Positions 39,721-48,360 of a stretch of DNA of 64,000 nt are shown here, piece after piece (position 1 is the first letter of the stretch; the number at the start of each line of letters is the position of its first letter). The stretch comes from Limnochordia bacterium (GTDB taxonomy: Bacteria; Bacillota; Limnochordia; DTU080; RSA5). The DNA is taken from contig JAWLDA010000006.1 in the NCBI GenBank assembly GCA_041686855.1, positions 194,034-258,033 of the forward strand, given 5' to 3'. The notes beneath the pieces were generated by a model. It made no database searches. It was not told the DNA's origin and worked only from the letters and a program-made list of their open reading frames with translations. The position numbers and the translations under genes are program-made.

Positions 39721-41324
39721 GCAGTTTGCCCAAAGTTGACCTTCGTAAGTACAAGGCGTTAAGGGAAAATGGTGTACCCGATGACGAGGCCGAGCGCATT
39801 GTTATGGATGGAATCTGGCCGCCTCCCGTACCGTTTTATCAGGCCGAATTGCCATCCTTCCCTACACAAACTCTCCCCAAGTGGCAGCGAGACTTTGTAG
39901 AAGCGGAGGCGGAGGCGACGCAGACTCCGCCGGACCTCGCAGCCATGCAGACCCTGTGCGTCGTTGCCGCGGCTATTCAGCGAAAGGTGGTCGTACGCGT
40001 TCGGGAGGGGTGGACTGAGCCTGTCAACCTTTTTACCGTGGTTGTACAGGAGTCCGGTACACGAAAGAGCCGGGTTACCAAGGATACAACGGCTCCGGTG
40101 GAAGATTGGGAAGAACGAGAAGGAAGCTACATTGAGCCTGCAATCCACGAGGCGTCCAATGCTTATCGAATCAAGGAAACGCGGTTGCAACGGCTACAAC
40201 GCCAAGCTGCACAGGCCGATGAGGTCAGGGATCAACGGCGACTTGCTGACGAGGCATTGGACTTGGCTTGGGAACTTGCCGAGTTGGAGATTCCTGTTCC
40301 CCCTCGAATAATAGCCGACGATACGACGCCTGAAAAGCTGCAAACGCTAATTCGAGACCACGAAGGCCGGATGGCTGTAGTGTCGCCTGAGGGTGATGTC
40401 TTCGACATAATGTCGGGACGGTATTCCACCACTGGTGAGTCCAATTTCGGGGTTTATCTCAAAGGGCATGCGGGTGATACCTTGCGAGTGGATCGAGTGG
40501 GTCGCCCGCCCGAGTATGTCCGCAATCCCGCGTTGACGGTGTCCTTGGCAATCCAGCCGGAAGTGCTACGGGGACTGCATAGTAAGTCCGGTTTTCGCGG
40601 GAGGGGATTGTTGGCACGGTTTCTCTATTCCCTGCCACCCAGTTTGGTGGGAAAGCGGAAGATTGATGCCCCGCCGGTACCTCGAACGATACGCACCACG
40701 TACGAGACGTACGTTGATGAACTCCTATCACTTCCATGGACGACCGGTAGTGAGGGAGAGAAGATTGCCCACGAACTCCATTTTTCTGACGGGGCTCGGG
40801 TACGTTTTTTGGAGTTCATGAAACGACTAGAGCCGGCACTTGCTCGCACCGGTGAACTTGGCACCATTGCTGACTGGGGCGGGAAATTAGCCGGTACGGT
40901 GGCTCGAATCGCCGGATTGTTGCACGTGGGCAATCAGGTTATGGCATCCATGCGGTGGGAAGCACCCATTGGCCAGGAGGTCGTGGAACGTGCCATCATC
41001 ATCGGTGAAAAGTATCTTATTCCACATGCTAAGGCCGCTTTCGGGGAGATGGGTGCGGACCCTTCGGTCGATGACGCCCGCTACATCCTTGAGATTATCT
41101 CCGAAAAGATCTTGGAGGGATTTAAGAAGCAAGATATGTGGCAACTAACCAAAGGGCGATTCAAAAAGGTTGAGGGTCTTAATGAGGGACTAAGGCTATT
41201 AGTCGAGCATGGATACCTACGGGAGAACGTCCCAGAAACGGAGCCCGGTAGACGTGGACGAAAACCTGCACCGACTTACGACGTGAATCCGTTGCTGTGG
41301 TCCTACAATTCCTACGATTCCTAA
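39717..41324 (+). CDS. DUF3987/YfjI family protein (putative element replication protein)
   Basis: EPVNLFTVVVQESGTRKS P-loop-like motif, DDTTPEKL, SPEGD, VDRVGR, IQP, GRGLLARFL, C-terminal wHTH-like region; ORF track start is 39696. Confidence 0.8.
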   Translation: MSSLPKVDLRKYKALRENGVPDDEAERIVMDGIWPPPVPFYQAELPSFPTQTLPKWQRDFVEAEAEATQTPPDLAAMQTLCVVAAAIQRKVVVRVREGWTEPVNLFTVVVQESGTRKSRVTKDTTAPVEDWEEREGSYIEPAIHEASNAYRIKETRLQRLQRQAAQADEVRDQRRLADEALDLAWELAELEIPVPPRIIADDTTPEKLQTLIRDHEGRMAVVSPEGDVFDIMSGRYSTTGESNFGVYLKGHAGDTLRVDRVGRPPEYVRNPALTVSLAIQPEVLRGLHSKSGFRGRGLLARFLYSLPPSLVGKRKIDAPPVPRTIRTTYETYVDELLSLPWTTGSEGEKIAHELHFSDGARVRFLEFMKRLEPALARTGELGTIADWGGKLAGTVARIAGLLHVGNQVMASMRWEAPIGQEVVERAIIIGEKYLIPHAKAAFGEMGADPSVDDARYILEIISEKILEGFKKQDMWQLTKGRFKKVEGLNEGLRLLVEHGYLRENVPETEPGRRGRKPAPTYDVNPLLWSYNSYDS

Positions 41325-41387
41325 GGTCGAATGAGGTCGGACGGCGCGTCGGTATTCGCTAATATAGGGAAATTAGGAATTGCAGGA
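41301..41387. repeat. Iteron-like inverted repeat (candidate replication origin)
   Basis: TCCTACAATTCCTACGATTCCTA (41301-41323) inverted against TAGGGAAATTAGGAATTGCAGGA (41365-41387); 18/23 match with 9-nt periodic CCTA units. Confidence 0.6.
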
Positions 41388-41739
41388 TGAAGCAGGTTTT
41401 TGTAGTTTCGACACGGAGCGTGAGGTGGTTTCAGTGGCATACAGCAAGAAGGCGAGAATGGTTCGACAATGCATGGGGCGACGGGCCGATGGGCGACGAT
41501 GCCGAGCCTGGGCGGTCTGGGACGACTCAAAACAACTCTGTGTGGCCCATCTGGGCCGACACCACCGTGGTCCAATGCCTCCGCGGTGGGCAAGCCGTCC
41601 GAGGCGACGGCGGGCAAAGGCTGTGCCTTGCACGTGTCGGGCGTACGCTTGGCCGCATCGTCCCGGAGGTGGACTGTGCAAGTGGCCGGATCCGCCCCAT
41701 TACCGTTGTACAACCCCGGCTGGAACGAGGCGAGAGTGA
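41380..41739 (+). CDS. Small basic Cys/His-rich protein (HGGxSTG-like zinc-binding)
   Basis: CMGRRADGRRCRAWAVWDDSKQLCVAH and CTCRAYAWPHRPGGGLC; true start probably downstream of 41380. Confidence 0.55.
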   Translation: MQDEAGFCSFDTEREVVSVAYSKKARMVRQCMGRRADGRRCRAWAVWDDSKQLCVAHLGRHHRGPMPPRWASRPRRRRAKAVPCTCRAYAWPHRPGGGLCKWPDPPHYRCTTPAGTRRE

Positions 41740-41874
41740 CTGTTGTGACTTGTGTGAGAAGGAAAGCAACAGCTTGTTCTTGCCGGACACCGTCAGGGAG
41801 AGATCGAGATCAGTGGTAAATCGGTCCAATCCTAGAACGCCCAAACGTTTCTCACCTGTCAATAGCTATCAGGT

Positions 41875-42480
41875 GTGAGTTATGCGACAAAGCGATTGAT
41901 CGGGAGACACGAGTTTCGTGAGGTAGCATCTCTCTCAAGGGGCATGAACGAAATGGAGGACTGCATTTTGATGAAAACGGAGAGGGCAGACGTTGAAGAA
42001 AATCAGACCTTGATTGAGCAGGCGCAGGCGGCGTACCGCAAGGCAGCAGAGCAAGAGCGGGAGATAAAGGGGCGGTTGTGCGAGACGTTCGCTGAGCTGG
42101 ACGCTAAAGCCTCGAAGATTAAGGCCGTACAGAGAGAGATCCTCACGAGTGACTTCGATAAAGCGGTCGTATCCCAAGCGGATGTTGAATGGCTTGAGCG
42201 CGAGCACAAGGTTTTGACTCAGCACCGTATTGCACGAGAAAAGGAACTGAAAGAGGCCGAAGCCAAGACACGGGCGGCAAAGGCTGAGATTGAACGGCTG
42301 CGCCATCGGGCGTACAATCTGCGGACAATTATTATTCCGAAGCAGAGTGGCGTCGTGGAGGCGAAGGAACGGGACGTATGTGAGGCTGAGAGGGCGCTCT
42401 CGAATTTTCGGATGGCGCTTGCCGAGTCTCGTCGTGTGACCGAGGATCTGGAGGGCGAACTACGTATGATTGGTGATTAA
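41875..42480 (+). CDS. Coiled-coil hypothetical protein
   Basis: E/K/R/A-rich heptad-like composition throughout. Confidence 0.65.
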   Translation: MSYATKRLIGRHEFREVASLSRGMNEMEDCILMKTERADVEENQTLIEQAQAAYRKAAEQEREIKGRLCETFAELDAKASKIKAVQREILTSDFDKAVVSQADVEWLEREHKVLTQHRIAREKELKEAEAKTRAAKAEIERLRHRAYNLRTIIIPKQSGVVEAKERDVCEAERALSNFRMALAESRRVTEDLEGELRMIGD

Positions 42481-42715
42481 CTTGGTGGGACGGCGCTTGG
42501 GATCGTGGAAAGGGATCGCGTTATGCACCTTAATCCGCCCTTCGCAGGGTCGGTCCATTTGATTCCGTACTCCCCTATCGAAGTGCCTGCTAAAGATGGT
42601 GATTATGACAATATAGTTCCGTTTTCGTGTTAAGGGGAAGGGGATCGCTACGGTCGGGCAGAAATCCGCAAATAGAGTTCCGAGAATATGCAGAAGCGGA
42701 ACAATAGCATTTGGA

Positions 42716-43315
42716 GTGATATTGATGGCTAAGACCCGACGAAAGAAACTGCCGAAGACCTTAACCACTGAAGAGCGCCTTGCGTTGCTGGCCGCACCGA
42801 ACGCGAAGTGCCCAACCGGCCTTCGAAATCTCTGCATGTTGCACCTCATGGCAAACTGCGGTTTGAGAGTCGCCGAGGTGATTGGATTAAAGGTGCACCA
42901 AATCGACTGGCAGAGTGGCAGGATTATGGTGCACGGCAAAGGGGCAAAGGACCGGGTCGTCTGGATGAACGAGGGGACATTGGAGTTGATTCGCTCTTGG
43001 CGTGAAAAGCGTCCGCATCCATCTGGCGAGCTATTTACGACCATGAAGGGTGACCCGGTGAGCGATCGCTACGTGCGTTACATGGTCAAGCGGATGGGGA
43101 CGCGGGCTGGGATCGAGAAGGGTGACGACGGCGTACACCCGCATATGCTGCGCCATACGGCCGCGACAGACCTATACAGGGAGACAAAAAACATCCGGTT
43201 GGTCCAAAAATTCCTCGGCCACGCCGACCTTTCGACCACAATGGTTTACACCGAAATCGTCGACGACGAGTTGGAAGATGCGTTGCGGAATTTCAGACGG
43301 AATGAGGCGGTTTAA
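42716..43315 (+). CDS. Small tyrosine recombinase (catalytic domain only, ~200 aa)
   Basis: GLRVAE, KGAKDR, HPHMLRH, LGHADLSTTMVY. Confidence 0.9.
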   Translation: MILMAKTRRKKLPKTLTTEERLALLAAPNAKCPTGLRNLCMLHLMANCGLRVAEVIGLKVHQIDWQSGRIMVHGKGAKDRVVWMNEGTLELIRSWREKRPHPSGELFTTMKGDPVSDRYVRYMVKRMGTRAGIEKGDDGVHPHMLRHTAATDLYRETKNIRLVQKFLGHADLSTTMVYTEIVDDELEDALRNFRRNEAV

Positions 43316-43581
43316 ACTCTGGTGACCGAGCGCCGTCTGACGGGACATTGATTTGAAGACTGACAGCGTCATTTTATCATTGAATTCCTCTGGCTGTGGT
43401 GACCTTGGGGTTTATCGCCTTTACGTTTTCGGCGGCTCCTCTACCTATCGGTCAAAGACGGGTTTCGTTAAACACGTACCAAGCGGGTGCCCCTTCCGTG
43501 AATGGTGCAAAGGAGGCTGGTATTCCCCCGGGGAAAGACGTAAAATCATCGGTGCCCGTTACGATATGGAGGGCCGGACGT

Positions 43582-43917
43582 TTGAAAGCGAAGTTGTTAT
43601 GGGTTCTCATTGCAATCGTGTTGGGCATTACCGGGTTATCTGTCGTAGATGATCCGGTGTTGCTCGATCTCCCTGAGCGGATATTGCCCCTTGATAGCCT
43701 GGATCAGATTGACGAAATACGGGCGAGGGTAGATAGCAGCAGCTATGAATCCGCCCATCAGGCCAGGATGATTGCTTCTTTTTTCTACGGGCCTGAGATT
43801 CCCCTTACGGAGTGGGTTCTGCGAACCGATCGAGTACCTTCGAACACCGGCTGGCGAATGACCTTCCTCATCAGCCGTTACAATAGCAAGTACAAAGACC
43901 TGGGCGCGATCCTCTAA
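43582..43917 (+). CDS. Hypothetical exported/membrane-anchored protein
   Basis: GGAGG RBS before TTG 43582; N-terminal KLLWVLIAIVLGITGLSVV. Confidence 0.5.
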   Translation: MKAKLLWVLIAIVLGITGLSVVDDPVLLDLPERILPLDSLDQIDEIRARVDSSSYESAHQARMIASFFYGPEIPLTEWVLRTDRVPSNTGWRMTFLISRYNSKYKDLGAIL

Positions 43918-43980
43918 TTCATCGAGCCAGTGGGGGTACCTCTTGTTCCCCCACCGATGTCGTCAAAGGAGGCGCCATAG

Positions 43981-44139
43981 GTGCTGGAAAATATTACTGT
44001 GGGCGCAATGTTTGTCGGATTTTTGATATTTGCGGTCTGGGCCTTGCGGGTTGGAGAAAAGCAAGCGCAAAAAGATGCCGAAGAAGCCAGAACACAGCGT
44101 GAGGCCAGACAGGACTCTAAAGGCAACAAAAAGAATTAG
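43981..44139 (+). CDS. Small single-TM protein (52 aa) with charged tail
   Basis: AAGGAGG RBS, GTG start; MLENITVGAMFVGFLIFAVWALRVGEKQAQKDAEEARTQREARQDSKGNKKN (below the ORF track cutoff). Confidence 0.55.
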   Translation: MLENITVGAMFVGFLIFAVWALRVGEKQAQKDAEEARTQREARQDSKGNKKN

Positions 44140-44371
44140 GCCGATGGACACCGCCTGGAGACTCGTTCTCGTGGCGGTTTTCCTTTTCAGGTAAACGGGG
44201 TATGCTCCGTCGGGGTGGCGCGATGAATGTCCCCATACCCCTTCCTCCATAGAAATAGATGGCACTTCAGGTCTACGTGATTTGGCGGCGAATATATGTT
44301 AGGATGGGCGCACAAGAAGGCGTTTCGACTCGGCAGTGCCATGGACGTCTCTTCGAACAGGGGGAAAGGCG

Positions 44372-44584
44372 ATGCCAAGGGTTTTGCTTGGATGGGGAAT
44401 AGGTATAGCGGTCGCCCGTATCCTGGTCATCTACCATTACTATGTGACAGGAATTAAGCTCATTCCTGAGGCCCTCCTCGTCTTCGGGTTTATCGTGCAG
44501 ACGATTCTTATTGCAATAGGCGGAGGACTCATTGGCGCGCAACGCATGAAGCGAAAGCAGAAGGTCAACCTTAGTAGGATTTGA
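44372..44584 (+). CDS. Small two-TM membrane protein
   Basis: Two hydrophobic segments and a basic C-terminus. Confidence 0.45.
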   Translation: MPRVLLGWGIGIAVARILVIYHYYVTGIKLIPEALLVFGFIVQTILIAIGGGLIGAQRMKRKQKVNLSRI

Positions 44585-44593
44585 TGGGGCAAA

Positions 44594-44878
44594 ATGAGCG
44601 GACATCAACCTAAAGATATTCGTGTCGCATACTTGGTTTTACTTTTTCTGGGGTTGGTAGGCGGACACCACTTTTACCTCGGGAATCTGGTCCGTGGTGT
44701 CTTACACCTCCTAATTGGCATGACTGGCCTCGTCCTATTTGTGTACGGATTTGTTCCCGCGACGGGTGGTGGTGAACTGAAGCCATACGTGGCGATTTTC
44801 GGGTTCATCACTTTGTGTGCGTCCGGGGGACTAATGGTCTGGGATGCCATCATGCTTTCCAGCAGAATACCGCGGTAA
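44594..44878 (+). CDS. TM2/NINE domain membrane protein
   Basis: KDIRVAYLVLLFLGLVGGHHFYLG signature. Confidence 0.75.
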   Translation: MSGHQPKDIRVAYLVLLFLGLVGGHHFYLGNLVRGVLHLLIGMTGLVLFVYGFVPATGGGELKPYVAIFGFITLCASGGLMVWDAIMLSSRIPR

Positions 44879-44990
44879 CAACGTGCGTGGGTGAACCGTA
44901 GATGGCCGAGGCCATGCGGCGTAAAGCCATCGAGGCACTGACCTCGGAGAATTGCTTCAAGAAATGTGATGGTCTAAGGATCCACTGCTT

Positions 44991-45335
44991 TTACTGCTGG
45001 AGAAGGTGCGCGATACCGACGACCTTTTTAAGTTCGACCACAAAGCCGATACCGTGCCCCGGCCTATCGAGGCCAACCTTCTGACGGATAGCCTCGAGGA
45101 CCTCGTCTGTCTTCTCCTGGGGCGTGATGGTCAGCACAATATCTTTGGCCGGTTCGACGGGTATCCCCAAGATCTTGGCCTTCTCGTGGATTCCGATGCC
45201 TCTTCCCAACACGCAGGTTCCACCCTCAGCTCCAGCTTCGCGTGACGCGGAAATAACGTCTTCTGCGCCACCGCGATTCACGATAGTCACGATCAAATCA
45301 AACTCCTGGCTCTGTGGATTCTTGGGATTCTCCAC
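44991..45335 (-). CDS. PII-like signal transduction protein
   Basis: AGAEGGTCVLGRGIG, VEPAKDIVL, PGHGIGFV; GGGAGG RBS before GTG 45335. Confidence 0.85.
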   Translation of the reverse strand: MENPKNPQSQEFDLIVTIVNRGGAEDVISASREAGAEGGTCVLGRGIGIHEKAKILGIPVEPAKDIVLTITPQEKTDEVLEAIRQKVGLDRPGHGIGFVVELKKVVGIAHLLQQ

Positions 45336-46065
45336 TTGAGGCCCTCCCTTTGCGAGCGTAAAACACGCCGACTGCCAGCACACATAGTATTGGCGCTAAC
45401 GCAACCAATGAAACGAGACCAAAACCGTGGAGTAGTGGATCGCGGCCTGGGAACGCCGAAGCCGCCCCCAGACCAAGTGCCACGATGAAGGTGACGGTCA
45501 TTGGCCCTGTTGCAGCGCCGCCTGCATCGAACGCGATGGCGACGAAATCAGCGCGGGCGTAGCGTATTGTCAACAGAGCAATTGTATACCCCGGCACCAG
45601 AATGGTCCACAACGGTATCCCGACAATCGTTCGCACAATCGCCAGAGCCACCGAAAGTCCGACACCAAAGGCCAAGGTCCACAAGAGTAGGCTTGTGGGT
45701 ATCGCGCCTGCTGATGTTTCGTACACTTCGTCGTTCAAAAGACGAACCGCTGGTTCCGCGACGGTTGCCATAAAACCGAGCACAAACCCTATAGGGACCA
45801 ACCACCACGGCGATGAGCTCGTGGTCAACGTACGGCCCAGCTCCTCGCCGACGGGGAGGAACGCGACGTGGACACCCTGCAAGAATAGGAGGAGTCCTAC
45901 CGCGCCCAGTCCAAAGCCTGTGAGAAGGCGGCTAAACTCCCGCGCGCTCATGCGCAGAAAAAGCAGTTGGCAGATCACAAGAATCGCCACGAGCGGCCCG
46001 ATCGCAGCGGCCACTTCGAAAAGCACATCGTCCATCCCATGAAAGAGTCCATGTATGATCTCCAT
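45298..46065 (-). CDS. DUF1538 family membrane protein
   Basis: TVAEPAV, IAFDAGGAATGPMTVTFI, GFGLVSL. Confidence 0.85.
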   Translation of the reverse strand: MEIIHGLFHGMDDVLFEVAAAIGPLVAILVICQLLFLRMSAREFSRLLTGFGLGAVGLLLFLQGVHVAFLPVGEELGRTLTTSSSPWWLVPIGFVLGFMATVAEPAVRLLNDEVYETSAGAIPTSLLLWTLAFGVGLSVALAIVRTIVGIPLWTILVPGYTIALLTIRYARADFVAIAFDAGGAATGPMTVTFIVALGLGAASAFPGRDPLLHGFGLVSLVALAPILCVLAVGVFYARKGRASSGESQESTEPGV

Positions 46066-46066
46066 A

Positions 46067-46768
46067 TTATCCGCCGCTCCCTAGCAAAAGCCCAAGCAGC
46101 AATACGGCAGCCACAGGTCCAATCGAAGCGAGAGCCACGATGCCAAAAGAGTCGCTGACACCGTCCCGCTTTCCCAGAACGGATGCCACACCGACATTAA
46201 AGGCCAGAATGAAAGGGACAGTAAGTGGGCCGGTCGTCACACCACCCGAGTCAAACGCGACAGCCAAGTATTCGGGCCGTGCAAGAAAGGCGAGGAGAAA
46301 CAAGAGGAGGTAGCTGGGAACGAGGAACGTCACGAGGCGTGCCTGTAAGGCGGTCCTGAGGAGGCTTAAGCCGACAAAGAGAGCCACCCCTATCGCGATC
46401 GCGAGGATGAGTGAACCCGGAGGGAAAAACCCTGGTGATACCAGGTCCACCTGCCGCGCCATCACTCTCACGTCAGGCTCTGCTATCGTGATGGCAAAGC
46501 CGAGAATGACACCGAACCCAAGGAGTAGGGCAACCGACCCGAATTGTGGCATTTTACCTCCGAGTCGTTCACCGAATGGCAAAATCCCCAGGCGGGCACC
46601 AACCAAGAACAAGACCAGACCAATGATGGCCATTATACTGCCAAGCAACACGAGAGCGATGCTCGTTGCATCGGAATCGAGCAGAGTAAGTTTCAGCACC
46701 ACGATCATACCCACAATGGGTGCCGTAGATTTAACGACCTCGAAAAACGACTCGCGCCAGTGTCCCAT
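46067..46768 (-). CDS. DUF1538 family membrane protein
   Basis: TIAEPDV, VAFDSGGVTTGPLTVPFI, SFGIVALASIGP. Confidence 0.85.
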   Translation of the reverse strand: MGHWRESFFEVVKSTAPIVGMIVVLKLTLLDSDATSIALVLLGSIMAIIGLVLFLVGARLGILPFGERLGGKMPQFGSVALLLGFGVILGFAITIAEPDVRVMARQVDLVSPGFFPPGSLILAIAIGVALFVGLSLLRTALQARLVTFLVPSYLLLFLLAFLARPEYLAVAFDSGGVTTGPLTVPFILAFNVGVASVLGKRDGVSDSFGIVALASIGPVAAVLLLGLLLGSGG

Positions 46769-47023
46769 GGTTCAAATATATTCTTCAGGGCGTGTTTGAT
46801 CCCTTGAGGCCAGTTGGGTATCGAGAAAATGTCTAGAACTGCTCGACTTGTTGGAAAGTGAGCCGGATTCTTACCCCGGTGAAATATGGTGGGAGCACTC
46901 GGGTACTCGCGGCTGTATTGATGTGTTATAATGCGGTGGTTCGTTCTTTAACGTGGCCGAATCATGCCTTGTTTTCATTAAATGGTAAACACTTATTCGA
47001 AAAAGACAGGAGGTGAGGTGTAT

Positions 47024-48211
47024 ATGGATTCGATTACGTCAGTGCTTGATTTCTTTGCACACCTGGGATTTGATCTCCGCCAAGGACTTTCGGCACAGTG
47101 GTTGGGCATCACGTTGTGGCAATACCTGTTAGCCTTCATCTTGATCATACTCGCCCTTTTCGCCCGTCGGATGGCGACTCTCTTCTTAAACCGCTTCGTG
47201 CTGCCGTGGACCAGTCGATTAGGGGGTATCTATACAGGCCGGATCATCAGCGCCTTGGTGCAGCCCCTCTCCGCACTCTTAGGGTTGTTTGGCATTTTCT
47301 TGGCGATTAAAGTGCTGACGTTCCCCCTGGACGGTGCCCCGGAGGCGGTGGTTTCGCCAGAGCTGGTGAATCAAAGCTTTCAAGTCGCGATTGCGGGTAT
47401 CGTGGTCTGGGCGCTTACCCGCCTTATCGACGTACTAGGACTGTTTTTGCGTGAACGTGCGGAGGAAAACGACCTTCCGGTAGATGTTCCCGTCATCCCC
47501 TTACTCCAAAAGTCGCTTAAGATTTTCGTGGCCGTCGTCGGCGGGCTCCTCGTCATTCAACACATGGGGTATCCCATTGCAAGCCTCCTAGGAGGTCTGG
47601 GTATCGGTGGGTTGGCCGTCGCTTTAGCGGCGCAGGACACCTTGGCCAACGTTTTTGGTTCCATTATTGTATTTACGGACAAGCCCTTTAAGGTTGGCGA
47701 TTGGGTGGAGATCGGCGATGTCGAAGGGTTTGTGGAATCGATTGGTTTCCGTTCAACCCGAATCCGTACCTGGGCGAAGTCGTTGGTCACACTTCCAAAT
47801 AAGACGATCGCCAATAGCCGAATAGAAAATTGGTCAGCAATGCCATTGAGGCGGGTGAGCTATACCCTGTGCGTCGCCTATGAGGCCTCTTCAGAGCAGG
47901 TGAAACAACTTGTAGATAAGATTGAACAGGCCGTGACCCACCACCCTGGAGTCGATCAGACGTTCCATTTGGTAAGCTTTAAAGGCTTTGGGGAAAGTGG
48001 ACTTGAGATCATGCTCTATTACTTTACGCGTTCCACGGCGTGGACGGAGCACATGCGAGTACGTCAAGAAGTGAACCTTGAGATCATGCAGTTGTTAGAC
48101 GAACTCGGTCTATCCGTGGCGGTGCCGAGTCGAAGGATTTATTTTTCTCCTTCCGGCAACGAACTGAGAATGGCCAACGTCGAGTTCAATCAGGGACGCA
48201 AAGACGCGTAA
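47024..48211 (+). CDS. MscS-family mechanosensitive channel
   Basis: SLLGGLGIGGLAVALAAQDTLAN, DKPFKVGDWV, IGFRSTRIRT, IENWS. Confidence 0.9.
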   Translation: MDSITSVLDFFAHLGFDLRQGLSAQWLGITLWQYLLAFILIILALFARRMATLFLNRFVLPWTSRLGGIYTGRIISALVQPLSALLGLFGIFLAIKVLTFPLDGAPEAVVSPELVNQSFQVAIAGIVVWALTRLIDVLGLFLRERAEENDLPVDVPVIPLLQKSLKIFVAVVGGLLVIQHMGYPIASLLGGLGIGGLAVALAAQDTLANVFGSIIVFTDKPFKVGDWVEIGDVEGFVESIGFRSTRIRTWAKSLVTLPNKTIANSRIENWSAMPLRRVSYTLCVAYEASSEQVKQLVDKIEQAVTHHPGVDQTFHLVSFKGFGESGLEIMLYYFTRSTAWTEHMRVRQEVNLEIMQLLDELGLSVAVPSRRIYFSPSGNELRMANVEFNQGRKDA

Positions 48212-48360
48212 AGGGGGTGGTGTCCGGTGAGCGTGTAGAGAAGGTGGTACTAGGTCTTTGAACTACGGAGACGTGCTGTAACGTTGTGTCGGGAGAATTC
48301 GGAATTCGGCGTGCAAATTCTAGCAGTATGGGAAGTTTATAACAAAAGGAGAGTGTGTCC

